DNA of 64,000 nt from Azolla caroliniana (GCA_043228905.1 JBHGNT010000001.1:37014001-37078000); one strand, 5' to 3'; positions 13,159 through 26,205 are shown, numbered from the stretch's first letter. A program made the numbers and translations. Notes: generated by a model not told the origin, from the sequence alone.

Positions 13159-16100
13159 TCACTTCGGCATGGGATGTCTTTCCAGTCCGACCCTCTTCCG
13201 ACACGCTTCCAGCTTGTCGGGTGTGAGCACTTTGGTCAACATATCTGACCCGTTCTCGTCCGTGTGGATCTTCGTCAGCACGAACTCCTGGTCTTCTATC
13301 CTTTCCCGGATCCAGTGATATCTTCGCTGGATGTGCTTCATCCGGGAGTGATAGGCCGCATTCTTCGCAAGGTGGATGGCACTCTGACTGTCGCAGTAGA
13401 GTCGGTACTCCTCCTGCCGGATATCGAGCTCTCTAATGAAGTCCTTCATCCATATTATTTCCTTGCCGGCTTCAACAGCCGCCATGTACTCCGCCTCCGT
13501 GGTTGACAACGCAACCGTCTTCTGTAGCCTCGACTGCCACGAAACAGCTCCCCCTGCATACATCATCACATACCCTGATGTGGACCGGCTGGTATCTGCA
13601 TCAGCCGACATATCCGAATCGGTAAAGCCGTCGAGTTCGGGCTTACCGGAGCCGAATCGGAAGCACACGTTTGCCGTGCCCTTCAGGTATCGGAGTATCC
13701 ACTTGGCCGCGTTCCAGTGCTCTTTGCCGGGATTGCTCATGTACCGACTCACCACTCCGACTGCATATCCTATGTCCGGTCTTGTACACACCATTGCGTA
13801 CATCAAGCTTCCGACGGCTGAGGCATATGGTACTTTCATCATGTCCTCCTTCTCAGCCTTTGTCTTGGGGCTTTGCTTGCTGGACAACTTGCAGTTTGCC
13901 GGGAGGGTTGACCCGACCGGTCTTGCTTCCGACATGTTGAACCGGTGAAGCACCTTTGTCACGTACTTCTCCTGTGACAGCCACAACTGCTTCTTCTTCC
14001 GGTCCCGGATGATGTGCATCCCTAGTATTTGCCTCGCCGGACCCAGGTCCTTCATTGAGAAGGTTCGGTGAAGCGCTTTCTTCAGCATCCGTATCTTGAC
14101 CTGGTCCCGTCCGACGATCAACATGTCGTCCACGTACAGGAGGAGTATTAGAAAGTCTCCTCCTTCGAACTTCTTCACAAACACACAGTGATCGGACTGC
14201 GTTTTGTGGTACCCTTCGTCGGTCATGAAAGAGTCGAACTTCCGGTACCATTGCCGGGGAGCCTGCTTCAGTCCGTAAAGGCTCTTCTTCAACTGGCATA
14301 CCAGGTGCTCCTTCCCTTTCTTCTCGAATCCTTCCGGTTGCTGCATGTAGATCTCTTCTTCGAGGTCACCGTGAAGGAATGCCGTTTTCACGTCCATCTG
14401 TTCTACCTCGAGGTCCATGCTTGCCGCTATGCTCAGCACCGTCCGGATGGAGGTCATCTTCACTACCGGGGCAAATATCTCGTCGAAGTCGACGCCCTTC
14501 TTCTGCTGGAACCCCTTCACCATGATCCTGGCTTTGTATCTCGGGGGGTTTCCGGCATCTCCCGGTTTCAGCTTGAACACCCACTTGTTTCGAAGTGCCC
14601 GCTTTCCTTTCGGCAACTCCACAAGTTCATATGTGTGGTTCTCATGCAGGGAATCCATCTCCTCCTGCATGGCACTTAACCACCTGCGGCTATGGGTGTC
14701 AAGCTTTGCTTCTTCAAAACTCTCCAGCTCCCCCTCGTCGGTTAGCAGCACGTGCTCTAGTTCCGGAAATCTCCGGGGGGCCCTTCTCTCTCTTAGAGGA
14801 TATCTCCGTTCCGGAGCTTCGGTAACCGGCTCCTCCGTTTCCTCTTCATCCGAATCCATTTCGGGATCGGGGCCGGTTCCGGTATCAGTTTCATCTTCCT
14901 CGGCCGGTTCTGTTTCTTCACCGTCTTCGGCCGGATCCTCGAGTGCTAACCGGTCCCTTGCCGGTCGGGACTGATCCTCGTAGAGTTGATCCTCACCGGT
15001 CGACTTGGAGCTCTTCATCTTCTTCTCCGACTCCCAGTCGGCGAGTGTCTTGTCCTCCATGAAGATGATATCACGACTCCGGAATATCTTTTTGTCGACC
15101 AGGTCCCATACTCGGTAGCCGAACTCGTCATCGCCGTAACCAAGGAATATGCATGGCCGGTTCTTTGGATCTAGCTTTCCTCTCCGGTCCTTTGCCACAT
15201 GCACATATGCGAGACACCCGAACACCTTCAGATGCCGGTAGGATACTTCCCTACCGGTCCACACTCTCTGCGGCGTGTCTCCGTCCAAAGGTACTGAGGG
15301 TGATCTGTTTATCACGTATGTCGCCGTCGACATTGCCTCAGCCCAAAACCCCTTGGGTAATTTCGCATGCGCCAGCATACTCCGGACCCTCTCCATTATG
15401 GTCCGGTTCATCCTCTCGGCCAGCCCGTTCAGTTTCGGCGTCTTCGGCACAGTAAACTCGAGCCGGATTCCCTTCGAGCGACAGTACTCCTCGAACTGCC
15501 CCCGGTATTCCCCTCCGTTATCCGCTCGTATCGCTTTCAGCTTCTTGCCGGATTCCCTTTCCACTCTCACGTGGAGTTCTTTGAAGACGCACAACACTTG
15601 GTCCTTTGTCTTCAACGGTGCCGTCCACAGCTTCCGGCTGTGGTCATCAATGAATGTCACGAAGTACTGGGCTCCGCCATGTGACTTCGTTTCTACTTGA
15701 CACACGTCAGTGTGCACCAACTCCAATGGTGCGCTACGTCTCGTCGGTGGCCTTGAGTGGAAGGAGGTTCGGCTCTGCTTACCGGCCAGGCAATCGGTGC
15801 ACTTCTCCAGGTGCACATGCTTCACTGGAATAAGGTTGTCTTCTGCAAGCCTCTTCATCCCCTTCTCACTCATGTGGCACAGTCTCTTGTGCCACAGCTC
15901 ACCGGCAGTGTCGGCTGCCACGTTCAACTCCTCCGGACACAACCAGGCATTCATAAGGTACAGTGTGTTGACTTTCCGGGCCCGAGCCACTATCAGGCTC
16001 CCCTTGCTGAACTTCATTACGCAGTTCCGGATGCTACCTGTGTAGCCTTCATCGTCTAGCCTCCCGGCCGAAATCAGGTTCAATCGAACCTCCGGAACGT

Positions 16101-17231
16101 GTCGGACATCCTTCAGCAACATTTTGCATCCGGTCGAGGTTGTCAACCACACGTCTCCTATGTCGGCAATCCGGCACGTACCTTCATTTCCCATCCGAAC
16201 ACAGCCATGCTCACCAGCTGTGTAGGATGAGAAGTATCTTCTTTCCGGGGTCAGGTGGAACGACGCTCCGGAATCGACCACCCAGGTAGTCTCATCGCCG
16301 GCAATGTTTAGTTCACCTTCTTCGGTGATGAGCATGATCTCCTCTTCACTTGCCGCGAGTGCCGTCGTTCCTTTCCGGTCCTGCCCTCGCCGATCCGAAC
16401 CATTCCGGTCCGTGGCTCCCTGGTAAGCACCGTTCCGTTCCGAAGACTTCTTCGAATCGGTGTCGTCGGCTCCGTTGTCTTTTCGGTAATGTCGACAATT
16501 CTTTCGGAAGTGCCCCGGCTTCCCACAGTGGAAGCATGTGGGCCTTCCTCTTGACTGCGACCGGGTCCCCGACTTCTCCCGTCTTTGCGGACTCCGGTTC
16601 CGTTGTCTTCCCCGATCCGATTCGGTAAGCAGCATCTTCGGATCGGAGGCCGGTTCTTTATCTCTCCGACGTGCTTCTTCGTTCAAAATGCTTGTCTTTA
16701 CCGTTTGTAGGGACAAGTTATCTTCGGTGCAGGAGGTGCTGAGAGTCACCACCAAGTTCTCCCAGCTTTCCGGCAATGTACACATCAGCATGATGGCTTG
16801 CATTGCATCCTCCAACGGGAACTTGATCGCCGCAAGCTGGTTCACGAATCCCATGAACGTGCTTACGTGTTCCACCATACTCTCGCCGTCCCGGTACTTG
16901 AGGTTCACTATCTTCCTCATCAGGGAGGTCCGGTTCAACGCATTCTTCCTCTGGTAGAGGCCGACGGCTTCTGTCACATCTCATATGCGTTGGTGTCGTT
17001 CGCCACATGTTGTAGAACGCTCACGTCGACGTATTGCCGAATGGTTGCAACGGCTTTCCGGTTCAGAAGCCTCCATTCCGTCTCAAGTACCCCCTTGGGT
17101 ATTTCCGACCTGTCGATCGGTTCATACAGGTCCCGAACAATGAGCAGATCCTCCATCTTTATCTTCCAGTCGGCGTAGTTCTGCGCATTCAGCACCATCA
17201 TCCCCGGTTGCCCGCTGCTGCCGCCTTCCAT
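13159..17231 (-). pseudogene. Copia gag-pol polyprotein, intact except for a stop and a 1-nt frameshift in N-terminal gag (~16962-16976)
   Basis: ATG at 17231 (MEGGSSG...NYADWKIKMEDLL) stops at 16974. The 1272-codon ORF 16977-13159 carries the zinc knuckle CFHCGKPGHFRKNC, protease WVVDSGAS, integrase HHCC and D(HTDV)-D(ADNGGEY)-E(AERMNR), RT LYVDDML and RNase H TEAEY/YCDSQSAIHL. Confidence 0.92.
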
Positions 17232-17247
17232 TTTCTGCACTGCAGTT

Positions 17248-17259
17248 GCTCTGATACCA
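17248..17259 (-). other. Primer-binding site (initiator tRNA-Met) of the young Copia
   Basis: TGGTATCAGAGC on the minus strand, 3 nt inside the 5' LTR end at 17263. Confidence 0.95.
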
Positions 17260-17262
17260 GAT

Positions 17263-17884
17263 TGTTAGAAATTGACGCTTTCAAAACCTTCGCCTCTCGG
17301 CCACAACCGAGGAAACACGAGTCAATGCAGCAGTAAATCGAAAACACAGAGAGAGACTCGAATGCACAGGGTTTAGCGTGGAAAACCCTAGACGGGAAAA
17401 ACCACGGGAGTGCAAGACTCCAACTATCACTATACGCAGGGAATGTACAATGGCGAGCTGCAAGGCGACGACCTTGAGCTCGCTGTCCTCGCCACAGGCG
17501 GCGGTATTACACAGAGGCGTCGACCTCTTCCTTTCTCTCTCTCTCGGCTGCTCTCACTTCGCTCCCTCTAAGTGGAAAACAGAAAAATGAGCAACAACCA
17601 CAAAATTGTTTGCCCTAAGTCATATTTATACACATATGACTTTCGGGCTATTTACAAATATAGCCTAGAGGGCCCTTGGCAAACATATTCACAAATATGT
17701 CCCCGCATCCGGATCTCTCTCCGGGTACATTCGTCATCCGGCTCCGTAGCCGGGGTCTTCATCATTCGGATCCGAAACCGGGTCTTCATCATCCGGCTCT
17801 GATACCGGGTACTCCTCATTCGGGTCTTCATTCCCGATTCCCGGACATCTGACCATCCCATCCGGAGGGACCATAATCCCAACA
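17263..17884 (-). repeat. 5' LTR of the young Copia
   Basis: Near-identical to 12527-13148 and followed by the PBS. Confidence 0.97.
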
Positions 17885-18114
17885 AACTCATCCTCCCCAA
17901 CCGTCTTATCCTTCGTGTCCTCTAGACACCCCTTTCTTGGGATATCATCCATAAACGGCATGGTGATGTCCAGGATGCAATCCCTCAACACCTTAGTCAT
18001 CGCATGCACCATGTGCACCACCGAATTTGTCCCTCCTTGCGGCAAGGTACACATCCGAACTAAGTCGAGAGGTGTTCACATTGTCGTGATGTCCCTGCTT
18101 TCGACGGCTAGTTG

Positions 18115-18676
18115 GAATTGGTCATGCCCCGAGTATAGATTTTCGACCGAGTAGATCAACCTTCTAGCGAAGGTCTCTAAGAACTCGTCAATGGTCGGCC
18201 CGACCCTTGCATTTCGAATGGTCACTTTGTTGACCTCCTGTAGGTCCTGAATGAAGCACAATGTGTCGTTCTTCTTCGGCAATGTGAATCACCAATTTGA
18301 GTAAGGGGCGCTCAACGATTCGAGGATCCCATGTCGATCTTCTCCTTAAGCAGCTCCATCAGCTTCGGGATGTGAGCTCTCAACACTAGAATCGGTTTCA
18401 GGCTCGAATTGGTCGTGCCCCGAGTATAGATTTCCGACCGGGTAGATCAACCTTCCAGAGAAGGTCTCTAAGAACTCGTCAATGGTCGGCCCGACCCTTG
18501 CATTTCAAATGGTCACTTTGTTGACCTCTTGTAGGTCCTGAATGAAGCACAATGTGTCGTTCTTCTTCGGCACTGTGAATCACCAATTTGAGTAAGGGGC
18601 GCTCAACGGTTCGACGATCCCCATGTCCATCAGCTTCGGGATGTGAGCTCTCGACACTGGAATTGGTTTCAGGCTC
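18115..18676 (-). repeat. Tandem duplication (~291 bp and ~271 bp) within the Gypsy RT N-terminus
   Basis: 18115-18405 and 18406-18676 both run GAATTGGTC...GGTTTCAGGCTC; the second copy has a ~20-bp deletion. Confidence 0.92.
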
Positions 18677-18904
18677 CACGCTACATGCAGTATCGTGAAG
18701 ATCACCATTGGTTCAACTATCACCGGGTCGACGTACCGGATCTCCTCCAGCGGGAATGCAAAATCCTTCGCATGTCTTTCGAGCATCCTCTCAAAATCAA
18801 TCCTCCTCTACGGGCAGTAGGAAGCCACCCCCACTGACCTTCAGTTTTCGTAGCGTTTCGTCAGTGAATTGGTGCCCTATGCCTGCCGGATCTCGCAAGC
18901 TTGC

Positions 18905-21900
18905 TGTTGGGAATTTAGTCCCTCCGGATGGGATCCGGAGGAACCGGACCGAACGGATCCGGATGAATCCGGTGTGAACCAGATTTAGGGACATATCTAT
19001 AAATATGTTTCTAGAGTGCCTGTCATGGCCATATTTGTAAATAGTCCCAAAATATCATAAAAGTATAAATATGACTTAGGGCAATCACTTATGATATGTA
19101 TGATGTTGTTATCGTTGTACAGAGAGAGAGAGAGAACTTGTTTCTGTTGTAACCGTTGGTTGGTGAAGACATAAAGCTCGAAGACCGTTGCCTTTGAGTC
19201 TCGCATTGTATTCTTTATCACATAGTGATAGTTGGAGTCTGTGGGCTCCCGTGGTTTTTCCCGATTGGGGTTTTCTACGTAAACATCTTGTGTCGTCTCT
19301 GTTGTTTGTGTAAGTGCATTTATCTCCATTTCTATTTTCATCTTCCATTGAGTGTTCAACTCAGTTGTGGTTGAGCGTCTTTTCCTCACAAACTAGTATT
19401 AGAGTGAACAACAAATGGAAGAGTCATTCAAAAGCATGTTCAAGCTCACCGGCTCCAACTACCCAGTGTGGAAGTTGAAGATGAGGGACATGCTCATGGT
19501 TAAAGATCTTTGGTTGCCGGTGCAGTTCGGTGATAGGAAATTGAACAATATCGATGCCACAACGTGGGAGGTGATGCATATGAAGACGACAGGATACATT
19601 AGATGCTTCATCGACATGAGCATGTACAACAACTTTAATGAAGAAAGTAAGGCTCATGTGCTCAAGGAGAAAATCAGTATCATGCTGGAGAGCAAGAACG
19701 TTGTAAATTGGGTTTCGGTATTCCGGAAGTTAGTGAGATTCGGTACCAAGACAGATCTAGCATGGCGGAGCACATGAATGCTTTCCAAGGGCTCATAAAT
19801 CAAACAACCTCGCTGGAAGTACCTCTAATCGATGAGGTACTTGCGTTGCTCCTGCTCACTTCCCTCCCAAATAGTTGGGAGACGATATTTGTCACTTTGG
19901 GCTAGAAGGAAAATAGTTGTCCCTAGCAAGGGTAAAATCTAGCTTACTGGATGAAGAAGCTCGCCGAAAGGACCGGGAGTCTGGAATCGGAGTCCCTAGA
20001 ACCAGGACAAATTGGGGACGAGGTCGAAGTCAAGGGGGAGGCCCACTTGCTTCTATTGTGGAAAGTCGGGGCTCTTCCAGAAGAATTGCCAACACTTCTA
20101 GAAAACCAAAGGGGGAGCCGACATTCCTGAACCGAAGAAGATTTCGAAAAGGAGAGGAACGTCAGCGATCGCGACAAGTGAAGAAGAACGGTTGCTAATC
20201 ACCGAGGAGAGTGAGCTGCATCTTGTCAGCGACAAAACAACATGGGTGGTCGACTCGAGCGCGTCGTTCCATCTGACCCCCCGACCGACAGTGCTTCTCA
20301 TCGTACAGAGCCAGAGATCACGGTTCTGTCCGGATTGGAAATGAAGGTGCATGCCAAATTGTTAGCATAAGAGACGTGTGGTTGATGACATCAATCGGGT
20401 GCAAGTTGTTGTTGAAAGATGTCTGACACGTTTCGGAGGTTCGGTTGAACCTAATATCAGCTGGTTGGCTAGATGATGAAGGCTACACGGGTAGCATCAG
20501 GAACGGAGTCATGAAGTTTTGCAAAGGAAGCTTGATCCTGACCCGAGCCCGGAAGATCAACACATTGTACCTGATGCATGCATGGACCTGCCAGGAAGAA
20601 GTGAACGTGGCATTCAAAAATGCCGGTGAGCTATGGCACAAAAGGTTGTGCCACATGAGAAGACTTGCAGAAGATAACCTCATTCCGACGGTGAAAAACA
20701 TGCATCTTGAGAAGTGCATTGATTGCTTGGCCGTCAAGCAGAACCAAACCTCTTTCCGGTCGAGACCACAGTCGAGACAGAATACACTGTTGGAACTTGT
20801 GCATACCGATGTTTGCCAAGTGGACACGAAGTCACATGCTGGATCGCAGTACTTCATGACATTTATTGACGACCACAACCAGAAGTTGTGGGTCTCACCA
20901 TTGAAGACGAAGGATCAAGTATTATCCGTCTTCAAGTAGCTCCATGCAAGAATGGAAAGAGAAACCAAACGGAAGCTGAAGGCGGTTCGAGCGGACAATG
21001 GAGGAGAATATCGGGGGCAGTTCGAGGAGTACTGTCGGTCGAAGGGAATTCGGCTCGAATTTACCATGCCGAAGACACTAGAGCTGAAAGAGTTGGCTGA
21101 GAGAATAAACCGGATAGTAATGGAGAGAGTCTGAAACATGCTAACATATGCAAAGTTGCCGAAAACATTGTCGTGAAGATTTCCGGCTATGGTGTGAAAC
21201 CGAGGTGGAATGGGCAAGTCGGCGGTGTACAACATGTGCACATGTATATTAGGAAATGGTGTATAGAAATAAAATGGGAGTATTTATCCCACATTGTAAT
21301 GCCCCTCCCTCCTTAGGCTATAAAAGGAAGGGAGAAGTCACTTGTAGGGGGGTTGCCCATTTTGAGTTAGGAGGGTATACCATTAGGTCCAAGGTATGAT
21401 AGTCCTTCTTCTTTTTTTCTGTTAGGGTTTCTAGGAGGTGTTCTCCTTCGTCGTTATGAAGGTTTCTTTATCTCATACCCACTTGGGGTTTAGTCGGGCG
21501 GAGAGCTCGCATGTACTAGCGGTTTCGTTTCTGCCCCATCCCTCATGCAAGACCCCGCTCGGCAGGTTCTTGTATCTTGTTGTCTTGTAAATACACATAC
21601 ATCAGGTTGTGCATATCTATGTCTCTATTGGTGTCGGGTGTGTTTTCGTCTTTCCGTTTTTGTACATAAGTGGCGTGTGTTGAGTCGGTGTTGCGTGTAC
21701 GCTCTCTCTCTCCCTCCCTCTCTCCTGTTCGGTAGCCTCCGGTACGCGTCCGGAATCGCCCGGTTTGTGCCATAGCCGATGAAGACGGTTCCAGTGAGAG
21801 TCGGTCTCCCAGCATCCATCTCTTCCTGGTCCATGACCCCGGTGGTCCCGCCGATCTGACACGTGCATGCGGAATACCGCGACAACGTTTTGGGTTGAGT

Positions 21901-24571
21901 CATCGATGACTACAACGTACGTGATAAACAGATCACCCTCGGCACCCTTGGACGGAGACACACCACAGAGAGAATGGAGTGGTAAAGACATATCTTACCG
22001 GCATATGGAGGTGTTCGGTTGTCTCGCTTATGTGCATGTTGCAAAGGACAAGAGAGAAAAGTTGGATACGAAGTCCCGGCCAAGAATATTCTTTGGATAT
22101 GGTGATGATGAGTTCGGCTACTGAGTGTGGGACTTCGTCGACTAGAAGGTCTTCCGGAGTGGAGACATAGTCTTCATGGAAGACAAGAACATTGTTGATC
22201 GGGAGTCGGAGAAGAAGATAGCGAACTCCGAGTCGACCAACAGAGATCGGTCGGAAGATACAATAACTCATCTGGCCGGAAACCGGATGACGCTTGAAGA
22301 ACCGACCGGAGTCGGACCAGAGACCGAACCAATTGAAGAAGAAGAATATTTGGACACCGGAACCGGTGGATGTGAACCAAGGAAGAAGATACCCTCTAAG
22401 AGAGAGAAGCGGCCCCCAGAGATTTCCAATGCAAAGCATGTGCTTCTGACCGATGAGGGGATTCCGGAAAGCTTCGAAGAAGCAAAGAAAGACATCCATA
22501 GCCGCAAGTGGTTTAGTGCCATGTTGGACGAGATGGATTCCCTTCATGAGAACCACACATACGAATTGACAGAGCTGCTGAAAGGGAAGAGAGCACTCCG
22601 GAACAAGTGGGTGTACAAGCTGAAACCGGGAGACTCTGGAAATTCACCAAGGTATAAGGCCCACATTGTGGTGAAGGGCTTCCAATTGAAGAAAGGAGTG
22701 GATTTCGATGAGATCTTTGCCCCGGTAGTGAAGATGACATCCATCCGGACGGTGTTGAGCATAGCGGCAAGCATGGACCTCGAGGTAGAGCAACTAGACG
22801 TCAAGACGGCGTTCCTACATGGCGACCTCAAAGAAGAGATCTACATGCAACAATCGGAAGGGTTTGCCAAGAAAGGGAAGGAGCACCTAGTGTTCCGGTT
22901 GAAGAAGAGCTTCTACGAACTGAAGCAAGCTCCCTGGCAATGGTACGAAAGTTCGACTCCTTCATGACTGACCAAGGATACCATAAGACGCAGGCCGATC
23001 ACTGCGTATTTGTGAAGAAGTTCGACGGAGGAGACTTCGTGATACTATTGTTGTATGTGGACGACATGATGATCGTCGGGCGGGACCAAATCAAAATTGG
23101 AATGCTAAAGAAGGCTTTGAGCCGGTCATTCACAATGAAAGATATGGGTCCGACGACACAGATTTTGGGGATGCACATAATACGAGACTAGTCAAAGAAG
23201 TAGTTGTGGCTGTTACAGGAGAAGTACGTGACAAAGATACTTCAATTGTTCAGCATGTCGGATGCTAAACAGGTCGGATTGACACTCGTGGAAAACTGCA
23301 AGCTGTCCGGGAAACAAAGCCCGAAGACCGAGACGGAGAAGTCGGAGATTATGAAGGTAGCATATACCTCTACCGTCGGATGCCTAATGTACACAATGGT
23401 GTGTACCCGGCTAGATATCGGATATGCAGTCAGAGTGGTCAGCCGGTTCATGAGCAATCCGGGAAGAGAACACTGGACAACGGTCAAGTAGATACTCCAG
23501 TACTTGAAACGCACCTCGATTATGTGCCTCCGATTTGGCTCAGGAAATCCCCAACTTGAGGGATTCACGGATTCATATATGTCGGCTAATGCGGATACCA
23601 GTCGGTCTACGTCCGGATATGTCATGACTTATGCGGGGGGAGCCGTATTGTGGCAGTCGAGGCTGCAGAAGTCCATTGCACTATCGACAACGGAAGCGGA
23701 GTACATGGCAGTTGTAGAAGCCGATAAAGAGGTAATTTGGATGAAGGACTTCATCGAAGAGTTAGGGATCCAACAGGAGGAGTTCTGGTTCCACTACGAC
23801 GGTCAAAGTGCCATCCACCTCGCGAAGAACGCGACCTACCACTCCCGGACCAAGCACATTTAGAGGACATATCATTGGCTCCAGGAGAAGGTAGAAGATA
23901 AAGATTTCTTGCTGACGAAGATCCATACCGAAGAGAACGGGTCGGACATGTTGACCAAGGTGTTGTCAGCCAACAAGTTGGGTGTGTGTAGGAGACGGAT
24001 CGGATTGACAAGACATCCCATGCCGGAGTAAAGGGGGAGTTTGTTGGTAATTTGGTCCCTCCATATGGGATCTGGATGAGAACCAGAGGAACCGGACCGG
24101 ACGGATCGGAAGATATCCGAATGAATTCGGTGTGAACCAGATTCAGGGACATATTTGTAAATATGTTTCTACAGTGTCTGTCATGGCCATATTTGTAAAT
24201 AGTCTCAAAGTTATAAAAATATAAATATGACTTAGGGCAATCGCTTATGATATGTATGATATTGTTATCGTTGTACAGAGATAGATAAAGACAGAGACAG
24301 AGAGAACAAGACAGAAACAAAACTTGTTTCTTTTGTAACCGTCGGTTGCCGATGACATAGAGCTCGAAGTCGTTGCCTTTGAGTCTCGCATTGTATTCTT
24401 TATCAGATAGTGATAGTAGGAGTCTGTGAGCTCCCGTGGTTTTTCCCGATTAGGGTTTTCCACGTAAATATCTCGTGTCGTCTCTGTTGTTTGTGTAAGT
24501 GCATTTATCTCCATTTCTGTTTTGAACTTTGAGTGTTCAACTCGGTTGTGGCCGAGCATCTTTTCTTCACA
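18905..24571 (+). mobile_element. Older degenerate Ty1/Copia element related to the young Copia, inserted upstream of the Gypsy RT
   Basis: LTRs 18905-19390 and 24042-24571 (TGTTGG...TCACA). Decayed PBS TAGTATTAGAGT at 19394-19405, PPT AAGGGGGAG at 24031-24039, TSD CTTGC/CTTGG. Fragmented gag/IN/RT/RH ORFs from 19415 to 24030 are homologous to the young Copia pol. Confidence 0.93.
21169..21884 (+). mobile_element. Solo LTR (716 bp) of a Gypsy family related to the host element, inserted in the older Copia integrase
   Basis: TGTCGTG...CGCGACA termini and 4-bp TSD ACAT/ACGT splitting the codons KLPK-T-FW. TATA-like CTATAAAA at ~21318. Both ends resemble the host Gypsy LTR ends. Confidence 0.85.
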
Positions 24572-25809
24572 CTTGGGTCGGTCGCAACCCCTTTCATCCT
24601 CTCCCAATTGTCCTCTGGTAAGGATGTCACGACTGGCCTCACCTTCTGGTCCACAGTCTTGTACTTGTTGTCTACATAGGCAGTCAGATCCGCCCCGATC
24701 ATCTGTCTGAACTCCCCTATCTCTTTGTACATGTCAATCGAACAAACCGGTATCGTCCGGTCTTCGCTTAGGCCTTCTTCGATCACCCTCTCGATCTCCT
24801 CGAGAGTGTCGTCGAATCAGACCGCCTCCATGGGGCCATTGATCTCATCGTCGAGGCCCAAAGCTCTGCAAGCCTTCAAGCATCCTTCGACCTATCATTT
24901 CTCCCAGCTAGCAATGTCGGTTACTATACAACCTCCATTACTGGAGATCCAAAACCTCCTACCTAATGTATATGTGTGGGGTTTCTTCCGTTCATCTGGA
25001 CTATTGCGGCCCCACACCTTGATAGTCCTCTTCAAAAATCCTCTCGTCCCTCGTTGCCGAGGGAAACCCGATTTTGTTCATGATTCGGTCGGACCGTCAA
25101 AAATTGGACGGAGTGCCAACTATCCTAGCTCTTGACTCGCGCATAGGTTGAACCATTGTCCAGCACTTTGGTCTCCATACAAGCCGACGTAATGTAGGGT
25201 TCGTCGAGTATGACCGGGTGGGCAGACGGCTCCTGAATGAAGAAGTGTTGGTCGATCTCGATGTCACGGACCTTCACCCGGACATTCGGGCACGCATCTT
25301 GAAGCTCCTCTATTGCGCGGGTTGTCGCACGTATCTTTCATTTGTGCGTGTTGATCAGCCATTTGCCCTTCTTATAGAAATCCATGGACATCAAATTGAT
25401 CTCTAACCCATGGTCGATCAACGCCACGACCGGCTCCTTTGCGTCCCCGATCCAGACCGGGGTCTCCGTTGTCACTCTTGCCCAGTGCGGCCTCAATATA
25501 ATGGTTGTCGGCATAGTCGTCCTCTTCTACCACATCGTCGATGTGGGCCGCATTTACCTCGATTGGTTTCTCATTCTTTGGCTCCGTTGAGAGCCGCTTT
25601 CTGTTCACCAGGTCGATTATTGAGTCGTGGAACTCTTTCTTTGTGATTCTCAGCACTTCACATAATGAGAGTTCCACCCAATTGTCGAGGATCCGCTCCT
25701 CCAAGACCTTCCGTAGGTTTGTAGTCTTCTCAATTTTTGAGCTCAGCCGAAAGCTCGGAAATTTCTCTTTTGCTTTCTCCTGCGAGCCGGTCGGACCACT
25801 ATTGTCCGC

Positions 25810-26205
25810 TGGAATAGTAACCGACAGACAGAAGCACATAAGATTTATAATATAGTAAAGCGTATGAAACGCATGTAACGATTCACGCGGGAAGCATGAA
25901 CGGCTAAAGGCCCTGTGTATATAAAGGGCAGAAATCCTTTGTAAGAGGTAGCATGTAATTTTGGTGCATAGAGCGTTTTTCTAATAGAATAATATCTTCT
26001 CTTATTTCTGTGCATATCTGTGGTTTTATCTACTGTGTTCTTTGTTCTCTGTTGCGTATTGTTAATCGTAAGGGTGTAGGCGTAAGTGCGGATATTAGTG
26101 CACTTCCTAACGAGTTCGGTTGTAGCCGTCTCCCTTATACACTACTAGGATATGAGGGAGTATCCCATTACGTATTACGGTACGACGGTACCATTCCTTG
26201 CAACA
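25810..26205 (+). mobile_element. ~400-bp AT-rich LTR-like insert interrupting the Gypsy gag-protease region
   Basis: Abrupt composition change, TATATAAA at ~25918, ends TTGCAACA. The left boundary and TSD are not resolved. Confidence 0.5.

Larger units (their letters stand above)
12527..17884 (-). mobile_element. Young full-length Ty1/Copia LTR retrotransposon (Tnt1/Tork-like) inserted in the Gypsy RT
   Basis: 622-bp LTRs 12527-13148 and 17263-17884 with TG...CA ends and 5 substitutions counted by eye. PBS TGGTATCAGAGC, PPT AAGGGGGAG, gag-PR-IN-RT-RH polyprotein. Confidence 0.97.

Noticed and set aside
13264-17336. Numerous overlapping antisense and alternate-frame ORFs in the Copia
   Set aside because: Expected shadows of a GC-rich coding sequence; no independent motifs.
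17734-18054. 106-aa ORF fusing Gypsy RT to an acidic EPDDEDP repeat
   Set aside because: Read-through from the host RT into the Copia LTR across the insertion junction, not a gene.
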